This document shows positions 1 through 8,143 of a stretch of 64,000 nt of DNA, piece after piece. This stretch comes from Alphaproteobacteria bacterium (GTDB lineage: Bacteria > Pseudomonadota > Alphaproteobacteria > Rs-D84): assembly GCA_033345235.1 (NCBI GenBank), contig JAWPOC010000016.1, positions 69,026 to 133,025 on the forward strand, written 5' to 3'. Within the stretch, counting starts at the first letter, position 1, and each line of letters begins with the position of its first letter. The position numbers and the translations under genes are program-made. The notes below the pieces were generated by a model. The model made no database searches. It saw only the letters and a list, made by a program, of their open reading frames with translations, and had not been told where the DNA came from.

Positions 1-552
1 TTAAATGGTGTGTTCGATAATGAAAGTCCAGAAAACTTTGTCGCAACACAAAATATGTTAGATGCACAAGAATTGGAATTTGAACGTGGTTGGAAAATTA
101 CTTCAGATGAATATGGTATTACAATAACCAGAACTTTGCGCAGTGTTACAGAAAGTTATTTCTTGCCACGCGAAAAAATAAATGGCCCAGAAATTCGTGG
201 CTGGCACAGATTGGATGGCAAATCTGAACTGATGGAAATGTTTAGTAAACCAACAGTGTTGCGCGTAAAATCAAAATCACAGAAAATCTGGGGCGCGTTA
301 ACATTGTTGAATACTGCATTTGAATACGCAAAAACAGGTCTTAAAATCCAACGTTACAAAGGTTTGGGTGAAATGAACGCAGAACAGTTGTGGGAAACAA
401 CGATGGATCCAAATCATCGTTCACTGTTCCAAGTTAAAATTGATGATGCAGCCAAAGCAGACGAAGTTGTGTCAATGCTGATGGGGGATGTGGTTGAACC
501 CAGACGTGACTTTATCGTTGAAAATGCGCTGGATGCAAATTTGGATGTTTAA
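1..552 (+). CDS. gyrB: DNA gyrase subunit B, C-terminal part (5' end lies outside the window)
   Basis: The translation ends ...[67 protein letters not shown], which matches the conserved GyrB C-terminus (E. coli ...[19 protein letters not shown]...LMGDAVEPRRAFIEENAL...). Confidence 0.85.
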   Translation, partial: LNGVFDNESPENFVATQNMLDAQELEFERGWKITSDEYGITITRTLRSVTESYFLPREKINGPEIRGWHRLDGKSELMEMFSKPTVLRVKSKSQKIWGALTLLNTAFEYAKTGLKIQRYKGLGEMNAEQLWETTMDPNHRSLFQVKIDDAAKADEVVSMLMGDVVEPRRDFIVENALDANLDV

Positions 553-598
553 GTTCGTGGCGCAGAATTTTCTGCGCCATATTTATACAGGAAAAAAT

Positions 599-871
599 AT
601 GTCGTCGATTATAAATTTTGGTATGTCAAAAAAAGAAAAACTAATCCATGAATTGCAAAATCTGGAACAAGAATTGTTGGACTATGGTGATGCAGTTACG
701 GAATCTCAGGTTTGGCATAAAAAAGCCAGAATTGAACAACTGAAACAGAAAATCGCAGAAATTGATGCCAAGAAAAACAAGTTTAATGCTGGCGCGGATA
801 AATTAAAATCAATGATGAATAAAAATAATTCAAATGATATAAATGCCCCTTATTTCGGGGAACGTGAATAA
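599..871 (+). CDS. small hypothetical protein (~90 aa), predicted coiled-coil, K/N-rich
   Basis: ORF with ATG at 599 after a purine-rich stretch. It has no recognisable motif. It sits between gyrB and a glycosylase gene. Confidence 0.3.
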   Translation: MSSIINFGMSKKEKLIHELQNLEQELLDYGDAVTESQVWHKKARIEQLKQKIAEIDAKKNKFNAGADKLKSMMNKNNSNDINAPYFGERE

Positions 872-873
872 TA

Positions 874-1521
874 ATGTTTACATCAAAGTGGTTCTTTTTA
901 TTAGATGAACAGTTGCGGGCAGCAGGCTTGGACAGTGATGCACAAAGTTTCGATGAAATTTTACAAAATTTAAAACAACGAAAAATTTATAATCCTGAAG
1001 AATTTGCATCTCATTGTGTGTATGTTATTTTGGCTGGTGGTTTTTCTCAGAAAACTGCAAAAAAAATACACGAAAAAATAATAACTGTTTTACAAACAAA
1101 AGGTGCAGACTTTGATACTTTGATAAGTATATTTAATAATAAAAATAAAATAAGCGCGATTTGTAAAATTTGGGATAACAGAAATAATTTTTGTGATGGG
1201 TATTATCGTTGTCTGTCTTTGGATGAGAAATTAAATTATCTGCAACGGTTGCCACATATCGGAAAAATAACAGCAAATCATTTAGCGCGAAATCTGGGCG
1301 AAGATGTTGTCAAATATGATATATGGATTCAACGCTTGGGCTGTGTGTTTGCAAAACGTTCGGATTTAGCAGATAAAATAAATAACGCTGTTTTGTGTAC
1401 CGAAATAAAAGATGTGTGTGATAATATGTTTGAACATATGGCCACAGTAACCGGATTACCACGTGGGTATATCGATGTCGTATTGTGGAAAAGTTGCCAA
1501 CAAGGACTAATAAAATTATGA
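874..1521 (+). CDS. HhH-GPD superfamily DNA glycosylase-like protein (MagIII/EndoIII-like, no FeS cysteine cluster seen)
   Basis: A helix-hairpin-helix-like segment [26 protein letters not shown] resembles LPGVGxKTA...D of EndoIII/MagIII. The ~215 aa size fits MagIII. The gene overlaps ung by 4 bp. Confidence 0.4.
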   Translation: MFTSKWFFLLDEQLRAAGLDSDAQSFDEILQNLKQRKIYNPEEFASHCVYVILAGGFSQKTAKKIHEKIITVLQTKGADFDTLISIFNNKNKISAICKIWDNRNNFCDGYYRCLSLDEKLNYLQRLPHIGKITANHLARNLGEDVVKYDIWIQRLGCVFAKRSDLADKINNAVLCTEIKDVCDNMFEHMATVTGLPRGYIDVVLWKSCQQGLIKL

Positions 1522-2180
1522 ATGTGAAAATAGAACAATCTTGGAAAGATGCGTTAAGTGCAGAATTTGATAAAGAATATTTTATCAAATTAACAGATTT
1601 TGTGCGTTCAGAATATTTGTCTGGCAAGACTATATTTCCGGCGGCTAAAAATATATTTAATGCGTTTAATTTGTGCCCGTTGAATCAAGTCAAAGTTGTA
1701 ATTATTGGCCAAGATCCATATCATGAACCAAATCAAGCGCATGGTCTTTGTTTTTCTGTGTTACCACCAACGCCATTGCCACCATCGCTGCAAAATATAT
1801 ATAAAGAAATAGAATCTGATATTGGGCGAAAATCTGTTACAAATGGTGATTTAACACATTGGGCAAATCAAGGCGTGTTGTTGTTGAATTCTACGTTAAC
1901 AGTACGTGCGCATGCGGCTGCATCGCACAGTGGACGGGGTTGGGAAGAATTTACAGATGCAGTAATACGTATTGTTAGCGGTCGTGAAAATATTGTTTAT
2001 ATGTTGTGGGGATCTTTTGCGCAAAAGAAAGCGGCGTTAGTTGATGAAAATAAAAATCTGGTGTTGAAAAGCGCACATCCATCACCATTGTCCGCATATC
2101 GTGGGTTCTTTGGAAATAAACATTTTAGTCGTGCAAATGAATACTTAGAAAAATGCGGAAAATTGCCAATCGATTGGTAG
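1518..2180 (+). CDS. ung: uracil-DNA glycosylase
   Basis: Carries the Ung family 1 motifs [18 protein letters not shown] and HPSPLS. The N-terminus [22 protein letters not shown] aligns to the E. coli Ung start. Confidence 0.9.
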   Translation: MNVKIEQSWKDALSAEFDKEYFIKLTDFVRSEYLSGKTIFPAAKNIFNAFNLCPLNQVKVVIIGQDPYHEPNQAHGLCFSVLPPTPLPPSLQNIYKEIESDIGRKSVTNGDLTHWANQGVLLLNSTLTVRAHAAASHSGRGWEEFTDAVIRIVSGRENIVYMLWGSFAQKKAALVDENKNLVLKSAHPSPLSAYRGFFGNKHFSRANEYLEKCGKLPIDW

Positions 2181-2184
2181 GTTG

Positions 2185-2742
2185 TTAAAAATTAAAACTT
2201 AGACCCAAACCATAAAACGCATAAGAATTATTTTCTGGGGCGGTGTTTCCGTTTGATATATGTTGCATAAATGCTTCGACTGCGGTGCATTCTGATATTC
2301 TGTAACCGGCGCCGACCTTGAATCCGAATAATAGTTTTGAACCAATACGTTCGTTTTGTTGTGCCTGCATACCGACCCCCAGTCCCATAAAAGTATACCA
2401 ATTACAAATATCTGTTAAAATAACGTCTTCGGATAACATCGCAATTGGAATAGTATATTTGTCCCAATGCCAGCCATATTTTTTACCAAATCCCAATGTT
2501 TGAATTACATTCAAGGACTTACGCGCAGGCAGTCTGAAAAATGTTGTTGGTTGAGAATATTGAATCTGCATCATTGTAAAAGGCACCCATTTTGTTGGCG
2601 GAGATAACAGAAACCCATGATCTGTGCCATAACCAAGATTTATTGTTATTTGGTTGTTGTACCCATTAAAAAAAGGGTTTTCTGATGCATAAGCCACAGA
2701 AATAATTGTTGATAATAATATTGCAGATAAAATTTTGTTCAT
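2185..2742 (-). CDS. small outer-membrane beta-barrel protein, possibly a PagL-like lipid A deacylase
   Basis: Signal peptide MNKILSAILLSTIISVAYA. Alternating hydrophobic beta-strand pattern with a C-terminal aromatic (…GLGLSFNF). The HISNG motif near the C-terminus resembles the PagL His/Ser site. Confidence 0.45.
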   Translation of the reverse strand: MNKILSAILLSTIISVAYASENPFFNGYNNQITINLGYGTDHGFLLSPPTKWVPFTMMQIQYSQPTTFFRLPARKSLNVIQTLGFGKKYGWHWDKYTIPIAMLSEDVILTDICNWYTFMGLGVGMQAQQNERIGSKLLFGFKVGAGYRISECTAVEAFMQHISNGNTAPENNSYAFYGLGLSFNF

Positions 2743-2879
2743 ATTTAGTATGATATCATATTGTATACATAGCTTCAATATAATTTATTAAGAATTAAAA
2801 TGGTTATATTTATGAATAAAATCATAAACAATGCTTTTACTTGATTTTTGATTTTTTGCTGTTATAATTCGTGTCGCTT

Positions 2880-2954
2880 GGCAGCGTAGCTCAGTGGTAG
2901 AGCAGAGGAATCATAATCCTTTGGTCGGGGGTCCGAATCCCTCCGCTGCTACCA
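2880..2954 (+). tRNA. tRNA-Met (anticodon CAT; initiator, elongator or Ile-lysidine not distinguished)
   Basis: Cloverleaf: acceptor GGCAGCG/CGCTGCT, D-arm GCTCAGTGGTAGAGC, anticodon stem GAGGA/TCCTT with loop ATCATAA, T-arm GGGGGTCCGAATCCCTC, discriminator A, encoded CCA. Confidence 0.85.
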
Positions 2955-2964
2955 GAATAAACAA

Positions 2965-2988
2965 ACGACCCGATGGGTCGTTTTTTTA
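2965..2988 (+). terminator. rho-independent terminator after tRNA-Met
   Basis: CGACCC-GAT-GGGTCG hairpin followed by a T7 run. Confidence 0.6.
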
Positions 2989-2996
2989 TTCTGTGC

Positions 2997-3141
2997 GTCG
3001 GGGTGGTGATGGACACCCAGATGGGGGTCCGACCCGCAGGCAAAAGGCAGACGGGAGTATGCCGGTCCCCCGAAATTTTAACGAAGGGGGATTTGCCCAG
3101 GGGAATGAAGCGCAGCGGAATCAATCCCTCCGCTGTTACCA
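2997..3141 (+). ncRNA. GC-rich structured element of unknown identity that ends in a tRNA-Met-like acceptor/T-loop 3' end (…TCCGCTGTTACCA)
   Basis: About 65% GC in a ~35% GC genome. Several helices are predictable, e.g. CCCCC-N14-GGGGG and CAGCGGA-ATCAATCCC-TCCGCTG. It lies between two terminators. Confidence 0.3.
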
Positions 3142-3145
3142 GAAT
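3123..3145 (+). repeat. direct repeat of the tRNA-Met 3' end (22/23 nt identical to 2936-2958)
   Basis: AATCCCTCCGCTGTTACCAGAAT versus AATCCCTCCGCTGCTACCAGAAT in the tRNA. The identity extends 4 nt past the CCA. Confidence 0.7.
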
Positions 3146-3172
3146 TTCCCGGTTTTCCGGCCTTTTTTATTT
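3146..3172 (+). terminator. rho-independent terminator
   Basis: CCCGG-TTTT-CCGG followed by CCTTTTTTATTT. Confidence 0.55.
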
Positions 3173-3325
3173 CGTGTTATTTGCCCGAATTTATGCGATT
3201 TTGCGACTTTACGCAGATTGTTTTACATATACTGGACATAATTCCGGACATAGAAAATTGGTGTGCTGTGGAAAGGTGTGGTTTTTCCTGCGCTGGCAAC
3301 CCCGTCTACTGCTACAAACATAGCA

Positions 3326-3805
3326 TCACTTTTCTACACTCAATAACTTTGTTTTGGATTCGTACCAATCTGTCAGACCTTTTATCAAGAAATCTGGACG
3401 TATATCTAGTGATGACAAATCGGCAATATTATGAAATTTAAATTCTAATTTTTCTTCCTTGGATGCGATTGTATCAGGTGTTTCGGCATTAACCGCGAAT
3501 AAAATTGTGTACTCTTGATGACGTGATGATTCAATATCGCCATAAATGTTTTCAAAAAAACCTATTGGTTCACCGATTGAATAAGTAGAACCAATAGTTT
3601 CTTCTTCTAATTCGCGCACCAATGCATTAGTTGCGGTTTCGCCAAATTCAACATGACCGCCAGGTAAAAAATACCAATTTTTACCCTTTACATTAGCCAA
3701 TAATACTTTGTCGCCATTGATAATTACCGCACGAGATAAAATTTCAAATTCTTTATTCATTATATTCTTCCGGCTTTTCATTGTACAAGGAATTGTATCT
3801 TGCAA
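3326..3805 (-). CDS. NUDIX hydrolase
   Basis: Nudix box GGHVEFGETATNALVRELEEETG (GX5EX7REUXEEXGU). Confidence 0.8.
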   Translation of the reverse strand: MQDTIPCTMKSRKNIMNKEFEILSRAVIINGDKVLLANVKGKNWYFLPGGHVEFGETATNALVRELEEETIGSTYSIGEPIGFFENIYGDIESSRHQEYTILFAVNAETPDTIASKEEKLEFKFHNIADLSSLDIRPDFLIKGLTDWYESKTKLLSVEK

Positions 3806-4253
3806 AAGTTAAATTGTCAATTGAACATCAAATTGACTTTTGCTTTTCTTGACTTAAGGACACAAACACAATATAAAACTTTACATATAGAAAAATGATG
3901 TGCTGGTGAAAGTGGCGGATTTCTGCGTCGTTCGTGTGGGAATATACAATCGGCTGCGCTGCTACCAAGACAAACAGCCCCCCGACTTATTAAGTCAGGG
4001 ATAAATAACGATACAAAACCACAGGAATGACATCGGATGACGATGCCATTAGCAATTTTGCACCGACTATAGTAGGCTTGTGACAGCCCCGAACCCATAT
4101 CCCTATGGATTCATTTCATAGTCTATCATTAAAATGAAAGGTTTAAAAGTTTTTTTGGGTGTTCAGATTTAATATAATCGGATTTTTGTATTGTTGACTT
4201 TTTTTTGCGTATTCATAATAATATACCTGTTATATTTTATATAAGGAAAGGTT

Positions 4254-4751
4254 ATGAAAAAGTTATTTGCTTTATTTTTATGTGGTTTGCCAGTCAATTT
4301 GATGGCAAATCCTGCGTGTCCAGTATGTACAATCGCAATCGGGGCAGGGCTGGATATCGCCAGACGTTTGGGCGTTCCAGATAGTGTTGTTGGACTGTGG
4401 GCCGGTGCAATGCTGGCTTTGTTAGGGTACTGGACATTGAAATTTATGGATAAAAAAAGATGGAATTTCTTTGGACGTGATGTGGTTGTTATGCTGGCCT
4501 CAATCGCGATGATTGGATTCGTTTATCTGGGGGTTACACAATATAATCCTGTACAAATTTGCGGCGTTTTCGTGATGGATCCTGTGTTGTTCGGTACAAT
4601 TTGCGGCGCGATTATCTTTATTTTAACATCAAAACTGTATCAATGGATGAAAGAAAAAAATGGTGGACATGCACACTTTCCGTTTGAAAAAGTTGTCTTG
4701 CCAGTTGTCGCGTTGGCTGTTGCCAGTTGGATTATGATGTTGTGTTTTTAA
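4254..4751 (+). CDS. hypothetical integral membrane protein (4 predicted TM helices)
   Basis: Hydrophobic segments. A TTGACT-N17-TAATAA promoter-like sequence lies upstream. Confidence 0.45.
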   Translation: MKKLFALFLCGLPVNLMANPACPVCTIAIGAGLDIARRLGVPDSVVGLWAGAMLALLGYWTLKFMDKKRWNFFGRDVVVMLASIAMIGFVYLGVTQYNPVQICGVFVMDPVLFGTICGAIIFILTSKLYQWMKEKNGGHAHFPFEKVVLPVVALAVASWIMMLCF

Positions 4752-4767
4752 ATTAAAAGGAATATAG

Positions 4768-5319
4768 ATGAAAAAAATAGAAAGTGTTCAAGAATTTGTA
4801 GAAAAATTAGATGCTGCGAAAAAGGTTAATCCAAAGGATTTATCCAGTGACCAAGATTTAACAATCGCAATAATGAACTTGATTTCTATTGAAGAACATT
4901 TAATGTTTTCTGGTGCAAAAACAGGTAAACACGAATTTTATGACTTGATAAACCAAGTTCGTGATATGCGTAAAAATGCGATGCTGAAAATAATCCCTGC
5001 ATACGAAGGCGAAGTTTGGTGCATTTCAAAACATCTGTTGGCTGCATCTATGCGCGTTTTCGAAGTCGGTACAAAAGCACTGGCGTCGGGCGATAAAAAA
5101 ACAGCATATGATTTATTCGATCAATCTTATGAATTATATTGTATGTTTTGGGGCTTGAATATGGGTGTTTTAACCGCAGAAAAAGCAACCTCAAAAAAAG
5201 CAAAAGAAACTAAATCTGCGCAACCTGTCGCCAAAGAAAAATCTGAACCCGCTGCAAAATCTGGAATGTCAAAGTTAAAAAGCTGGGTTAAGAATGCCGT
5301 TAACTGTTGCATAGAGTAA
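4768..5319 (+). CDS. hypothetical protein with a Lys/Ala-rich C-terminal tail
   Basis: ORF with RBS AAAGGAATATAGATG. No recognisable domain. Confidence 0.4.
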   Translation: MKKIESVQEFVEKLDAAKKVNPKDLSSDQDLTIAIMNLISIEEHLMFSGAKTGKHEFYDLINQVRDMRKNAMLKIIPAYEGEVWCISKHLLAASMRVFEVGTKALASGDKKTAYDLFDQSYELYCMFWGLNMGVLTAEKATSKKAKETKSAQPVAKEKSEPAAKSGMSKLKSWVKNAVNCCIE

Positions 5320-5325
5320 AATCAA

Positions 5326-5428
5326 TTATAATAAATTATCTAAAAGCGATGCCGGCAGCTCATGTACGTTTTGTACACTACACTGCCGGCATCACTTTTA
5401 TCTAAATTATTCTAATTGATTTTTTTAT
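5326..5428 (+). repeat. hairpin-loop repeat element, copy A1 (subfamily 1)
   Basis: Hairpin 5341-5400: arm TAAAAGCGATGCCGGCAG, loop CTCATGTACGTTTTGTACACTACA, arm CTGCCGGCATCACTTTTA. Conserved tail TCTAAATTATTCTAATTGATTTTTTTAT. Confidence 0.8.
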
Positions 5429-5435
5429 GGCGGAT

Positions 5436-5538
5436 AATAAATTATCTAAAACCAATACCGGCAGCTCATGTACGTTTTGTACACTACACTGCCGGCATCA
5501 CTTTTATCTAAATTATTCTAATTGATTTTTTTATATGT
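5436..5538 (+). repeat. hairpin-loop repeat element, copy A2 (tandem duplicate of A1 with 3 arm mismatches)
   Basis: Same loop and right arm as A1. The left arm is ACCAATACCGGCAG. Confidence 0.8.
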
Positions 5539-5559
5539 GGTGGAAAGATGGGGGTGAGA

Positions 5560-5633
5560 TGGTGCCCTAAGCAAGAATCGGACTTGCGACTCGTCCTTAC
5601 CAAGGACGTGTTTTACCACTAGACTATTAGGGC
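5560..5633 (-). tRNA. tRNA-Thr (anticodon GGT)
   Basis: Reverse complement GCCCTAA-TA-GTCTAGTGGTAAAAC-A-CGTCC-TTGGTAA-GGACG-…-TCGCAAGTCCGATTCTTGC-TTAGGGC-A-CCA. Confidence 0.85.
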
Positions 5634-5914
5634 AATGACCTGTTGATTATAAGAAACACTTAATAAAATGCAAGAATAAAATATTACGGGCTTTTTTATT
5701 GCAAATGTTTTTTTTCTGGTATAAAATCTTTAGCGTTGTTGTTATTTGATATGATGATGTGACTGACAACCACGGAGTATCTATGACACATAAAAAGTTA
5801 TAAATCAGGGTGGCACCGCGCAAAGATTTTTTATGCGCCCCTGAAGTTTAACAATCTGTGGGTGCCGGTATTCCTTAGATTCTGCGCCCCAAAATAAAAA
5901 AAGGGACCAATAAA

Positions 5915-7684
5915 ATGTTATCTTTGAAATCAAAGTACAGAACACATACGTGTGGCGAATTAAATTCCGAAAATGTCGGTGAAACAGTTGTCTTGTCCGG
6001 ATGGGTACATCGTAAGCGTGATCATGGGGCGCTGTTGTTTGTTGATTTGCGCGATAATTATGGTATTACACAAATCGTTTTTGATGGCGGTGATGAAAAC
6101 CTAGAAAAAGTTAGACCTGAATCTGTTATAAAAGTAACAGGTAATGTTGTCGCACGTGACGCAGCGGCTGTGAATGACAAAATACCAACAGGACACATTG
6201 AAATCCAAGCAACATCTTTTGAAGTTTTAACAAATTCTGATGTTTTGCCTTTCCAAGTATTTGGTGAAGATGAAGTTGGCGAAGAACTGAGATATAAATA
6301 TCGCTTCTTGGATTTACGTCGTGAAAAATTACACAATACTATTTTAATCAGAAATAAAATGATGAAATGGCTGCGTGACAGAATGTGGGATTTGGGATTC
6401 TCGGAATTTCAGACACCAATCTTGACCGCGTCCAGCCCCGAAGGTGCACGTGACTTTATCGTACCAAGTCGTTTACATCATGGAAAATTTTATGCTTTGC
6501 CACAGGCGCCACAGATGTTCAAGCAATTGTTGCAAGTGTCTGGATTTGACCGTTATTTCCAAATCGCGCCTTGTTTTCGTGACGAAGATTTGCGCGCAGA
6601 CAGATTGTTAGAATTTTATCAGTTGGATTTAGAAATGTCTTTTGTGGATTTGCCGGATGTCCAAGCTGTTGGCGAAGCGGTTATGCCGGATTTAGTTCGT
6701 GCGTTCGCACCAGATGCAAATGTTTATCCAGATATTCCACATATCACATTTGATGACGCAATGTTAAAGTATGGTTCTGATAAACCAGATTTGCGTAATC
6801 CAATTATAATACATGATGTAACAGATGTATTCCGCGGTTCGGATTTCGGTATCTTTGCAAATGCAATTGAAAATGGTGCTGTTGTTCGTGCTGTGCCAGC
6901 CCCAAATACAGCAGATAAACCACGTTCTTGGTTCGATAAGTTGGGAGAATATGCAGTCAAAGAATTGGGACTGGGTGGACTGGGATATATTGTTTTTGCA
7001 GATGAAGCAAAAGGCCCTGTGGCAAAAAAACTGGATGCGGAACGTATTGAAAAATTGCACCAAATTGCAGGTGATAACGCATCTTTGTTCTTTGTTTGTG
7101 ACAGTGTTGAACCGGCGTCTAAGGCTGCGGGTAAATTACGTAATAAATTAGGTGCGGATTTAGGTCTGGTTAATCCACGTGACTTTGCGTTCTGTTGGGT
7201 TGAATCTTTCCCATTCTTTGAACCAGATGAAGAACGTGCAGGCGCGCCAAAGTTTACTCATAATCCATTCTCGTTCCCGATGGCAACATTGGAAGAACTG
7301 TCTACGAAAAATCCGTTTGATATCAAGGCAGCACAATTCGATATGGTGTTAAACGGTTTGGAAATTTGCAGTGGTGGATTACGTAACTATAATCCAGATG
7401 TTATGAAAAAATGCTTTGAAATTGCAGGCTATCCAATAGAAGCAGTTGAAAAGAATTTTAGTGGTCTGTACACTGCGTTCCAATATGGCGCGCCACCACA
7501 CGGTGGATGTGCGTTCGGTATCGACAGACTGGTTTCTGAAATCACAGGATTCGGAGACAGTGTGCGTGAAGTTGTGGCGTTCCCTGCAAATCAACGTGGG
7601 CAAGACTTGTTAATGGGCAGCCCGAACGAGGTTACAGAACAACAATTGCGCGATGTTCATATCAATATAAGAAAGAAAAACTAA
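5915..7684 (+). CDS. aspS: aspartate--tRNA ligase
   Basis: Class II aaRS motifs FQIAPCFRDEDLRADR and GGCAFGIDRLV. Anticodon-binding N-terminal domain. 589 aa. Confidence 0.95.
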   Translation: MLSLKSKYRTHTCGELNSENVGETVVLSGWVHRKRDHGALLFVDLRDNYGITQIVFDGGDENLEKVRPESVIKVTGNVVARDAAAVNDKIPTGHIEIQATSFEVLTNSDVLPFQVFGEDEVGEELRYKYRFLDLRREKLHNTILIRNKMMKWLRDRMWDLGFSEFQTPILTASSPEGARDFIVPSRLHHGKFYALPQAPQMFKQLLQVSGFDRYFQIAPCFRDEDLRADRLLEFYQLDLEMSFVDLPDVQAVGEAVMPDLVRAFAPDANVYPDIPHITFDDAMLKYGSDKPDLRNPIIIHDVTDVFRGSDFGIFANAIENGAVVRAVPAPNTADKPRSWFDKLGEYAVKELGLGGLGYIVFADEAKGPVAKKLDAERIEKLHQIAGDNASLFFVCDSVEPASKAAGKLRNKLGADLGLVNPRDFAFCWVESFPFFEPDEERAGAPKFTHNPFSFPMATLEELSTKNPFDIKAAQFDMVLNGLEICSGGLRNYNPDVMKKCFEIAGYPIEAVEKNFSGLYTAFQYGAPPHGGCAFGIDRLVSEITGFGDSVREVVAFPANQRGQDLLMGSPNEVTEQQLRDVHINIRKKN

Positions 7685-7688
7685 ATAA

Positions 7689-7718
7689 AATAAATCCCCC
7701 AATTTTTGGGGGATTTTT
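7689..7718. terminator. bidirectional rho-independent terminator (TCCCCC-N6-GGGGGA type)
   Basis: AAATCCCCCAATTTTTGGGGGATTTTTT. Confidence 0.6.
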
Positions 7719-7792
7719 TATGATTTTATACCTGTTGGAAAAAGTGCTCGTTTATATATAATTTTCTATGAATTAATCCAAAGGAATTTATT

Positions 7793-8143
7793 ATGTATAA
7801 ACGAATTGATGTGTTGACAGAATATTTACAACTTAGTCAATACCAATCAAGTAAATTGAAAACAGACTATGATAAATACAATATATCACGACTGGAAAAA
7901 CGTGGCGGAGTTTTATATGCACCATATGTTATACATGGCTTTTGGAGTAAATTATTTAGCATCTTTTTGGGCAGAAGAGCCGATTTAATCGGGAAAACAA
8001 AAATTGTTTTACGGGCGCAACGTAATATAAAATTTTGCGCAAATGGTTACCACTGTGTCAGAATAGGGTTATATACTTATTATGCAGATGCAGATGGAAA
8101 TGCTGTGTCGCGAAACGAATTTATACGGAATACAAAACATTAA
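7793..8143 (+). CDS. hypothetical protein
   Basis: ORF only. No motif recognised. Confidence 0.3.
   Translation: MYKRIDVLTEYLQLSQYQSSKLKTDYDKYNISRLEKRGGVLYAPYVIHGFWSKLFSIFLGRRADLIGKTKIVLRAQRNIKFCANGYHCVRIGLYTYYADADGNAVSRNEFIRNTKH

Noticed and set aside
2997-3141. Considered that the GC-rich element is SRP (4.5S) RNA or a tmRNA piece. GCAGGCAAAAGGCAGAC and GGGGAATGAAGCGCAGC resemble SRP helix-8 strands, and there is a 5' GGGG plus a 3' T-loop and CCA.
   Set aside because: The two SRP-like strands are in the wrong order and 60 nt apart. No GGAA or GNRA tetraloop closes a UCC/GGA helix. No tmRNA tag reading frame (…A[LV]AA stop) or resume codon was found. The 5' GGGGTGG cannot pair with the 3' CGCTGTT acceptor strand. 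The element is left as an unidentified structured element.
3817-4098. 93-aa ORF on the minus strand upstream of the NUDIX gene.
   Set aside because: It has no RBS and a Cys/Arg-rich low-complexity translation. It overlaps conserved non-coding motifs. It is most likely non-coding.
5326-5538. Tandem ~110-bp units considered as a CRISPR array or integron attC sites.
   Set aside because: The units are 110 bp with nearly identical 'spacers' (A1 and A2 arms differ by 3 nt) and there are no cas genes. attC sites have conserved stem bases (R''/R') and a variable apex, which is the opposite of the fixed loop and variable stem seen here.
5640-5914. GC-rich direct repeats (TGCGCCCC…CTGCGCCCC) in the aspS leader, considered as a T-box or other riboregulator.
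   Set aside because: No T-box specifier or antiterminator consensus (AGGGUGGNACCGCG) could be aligned convincingly. They are left unannotated.
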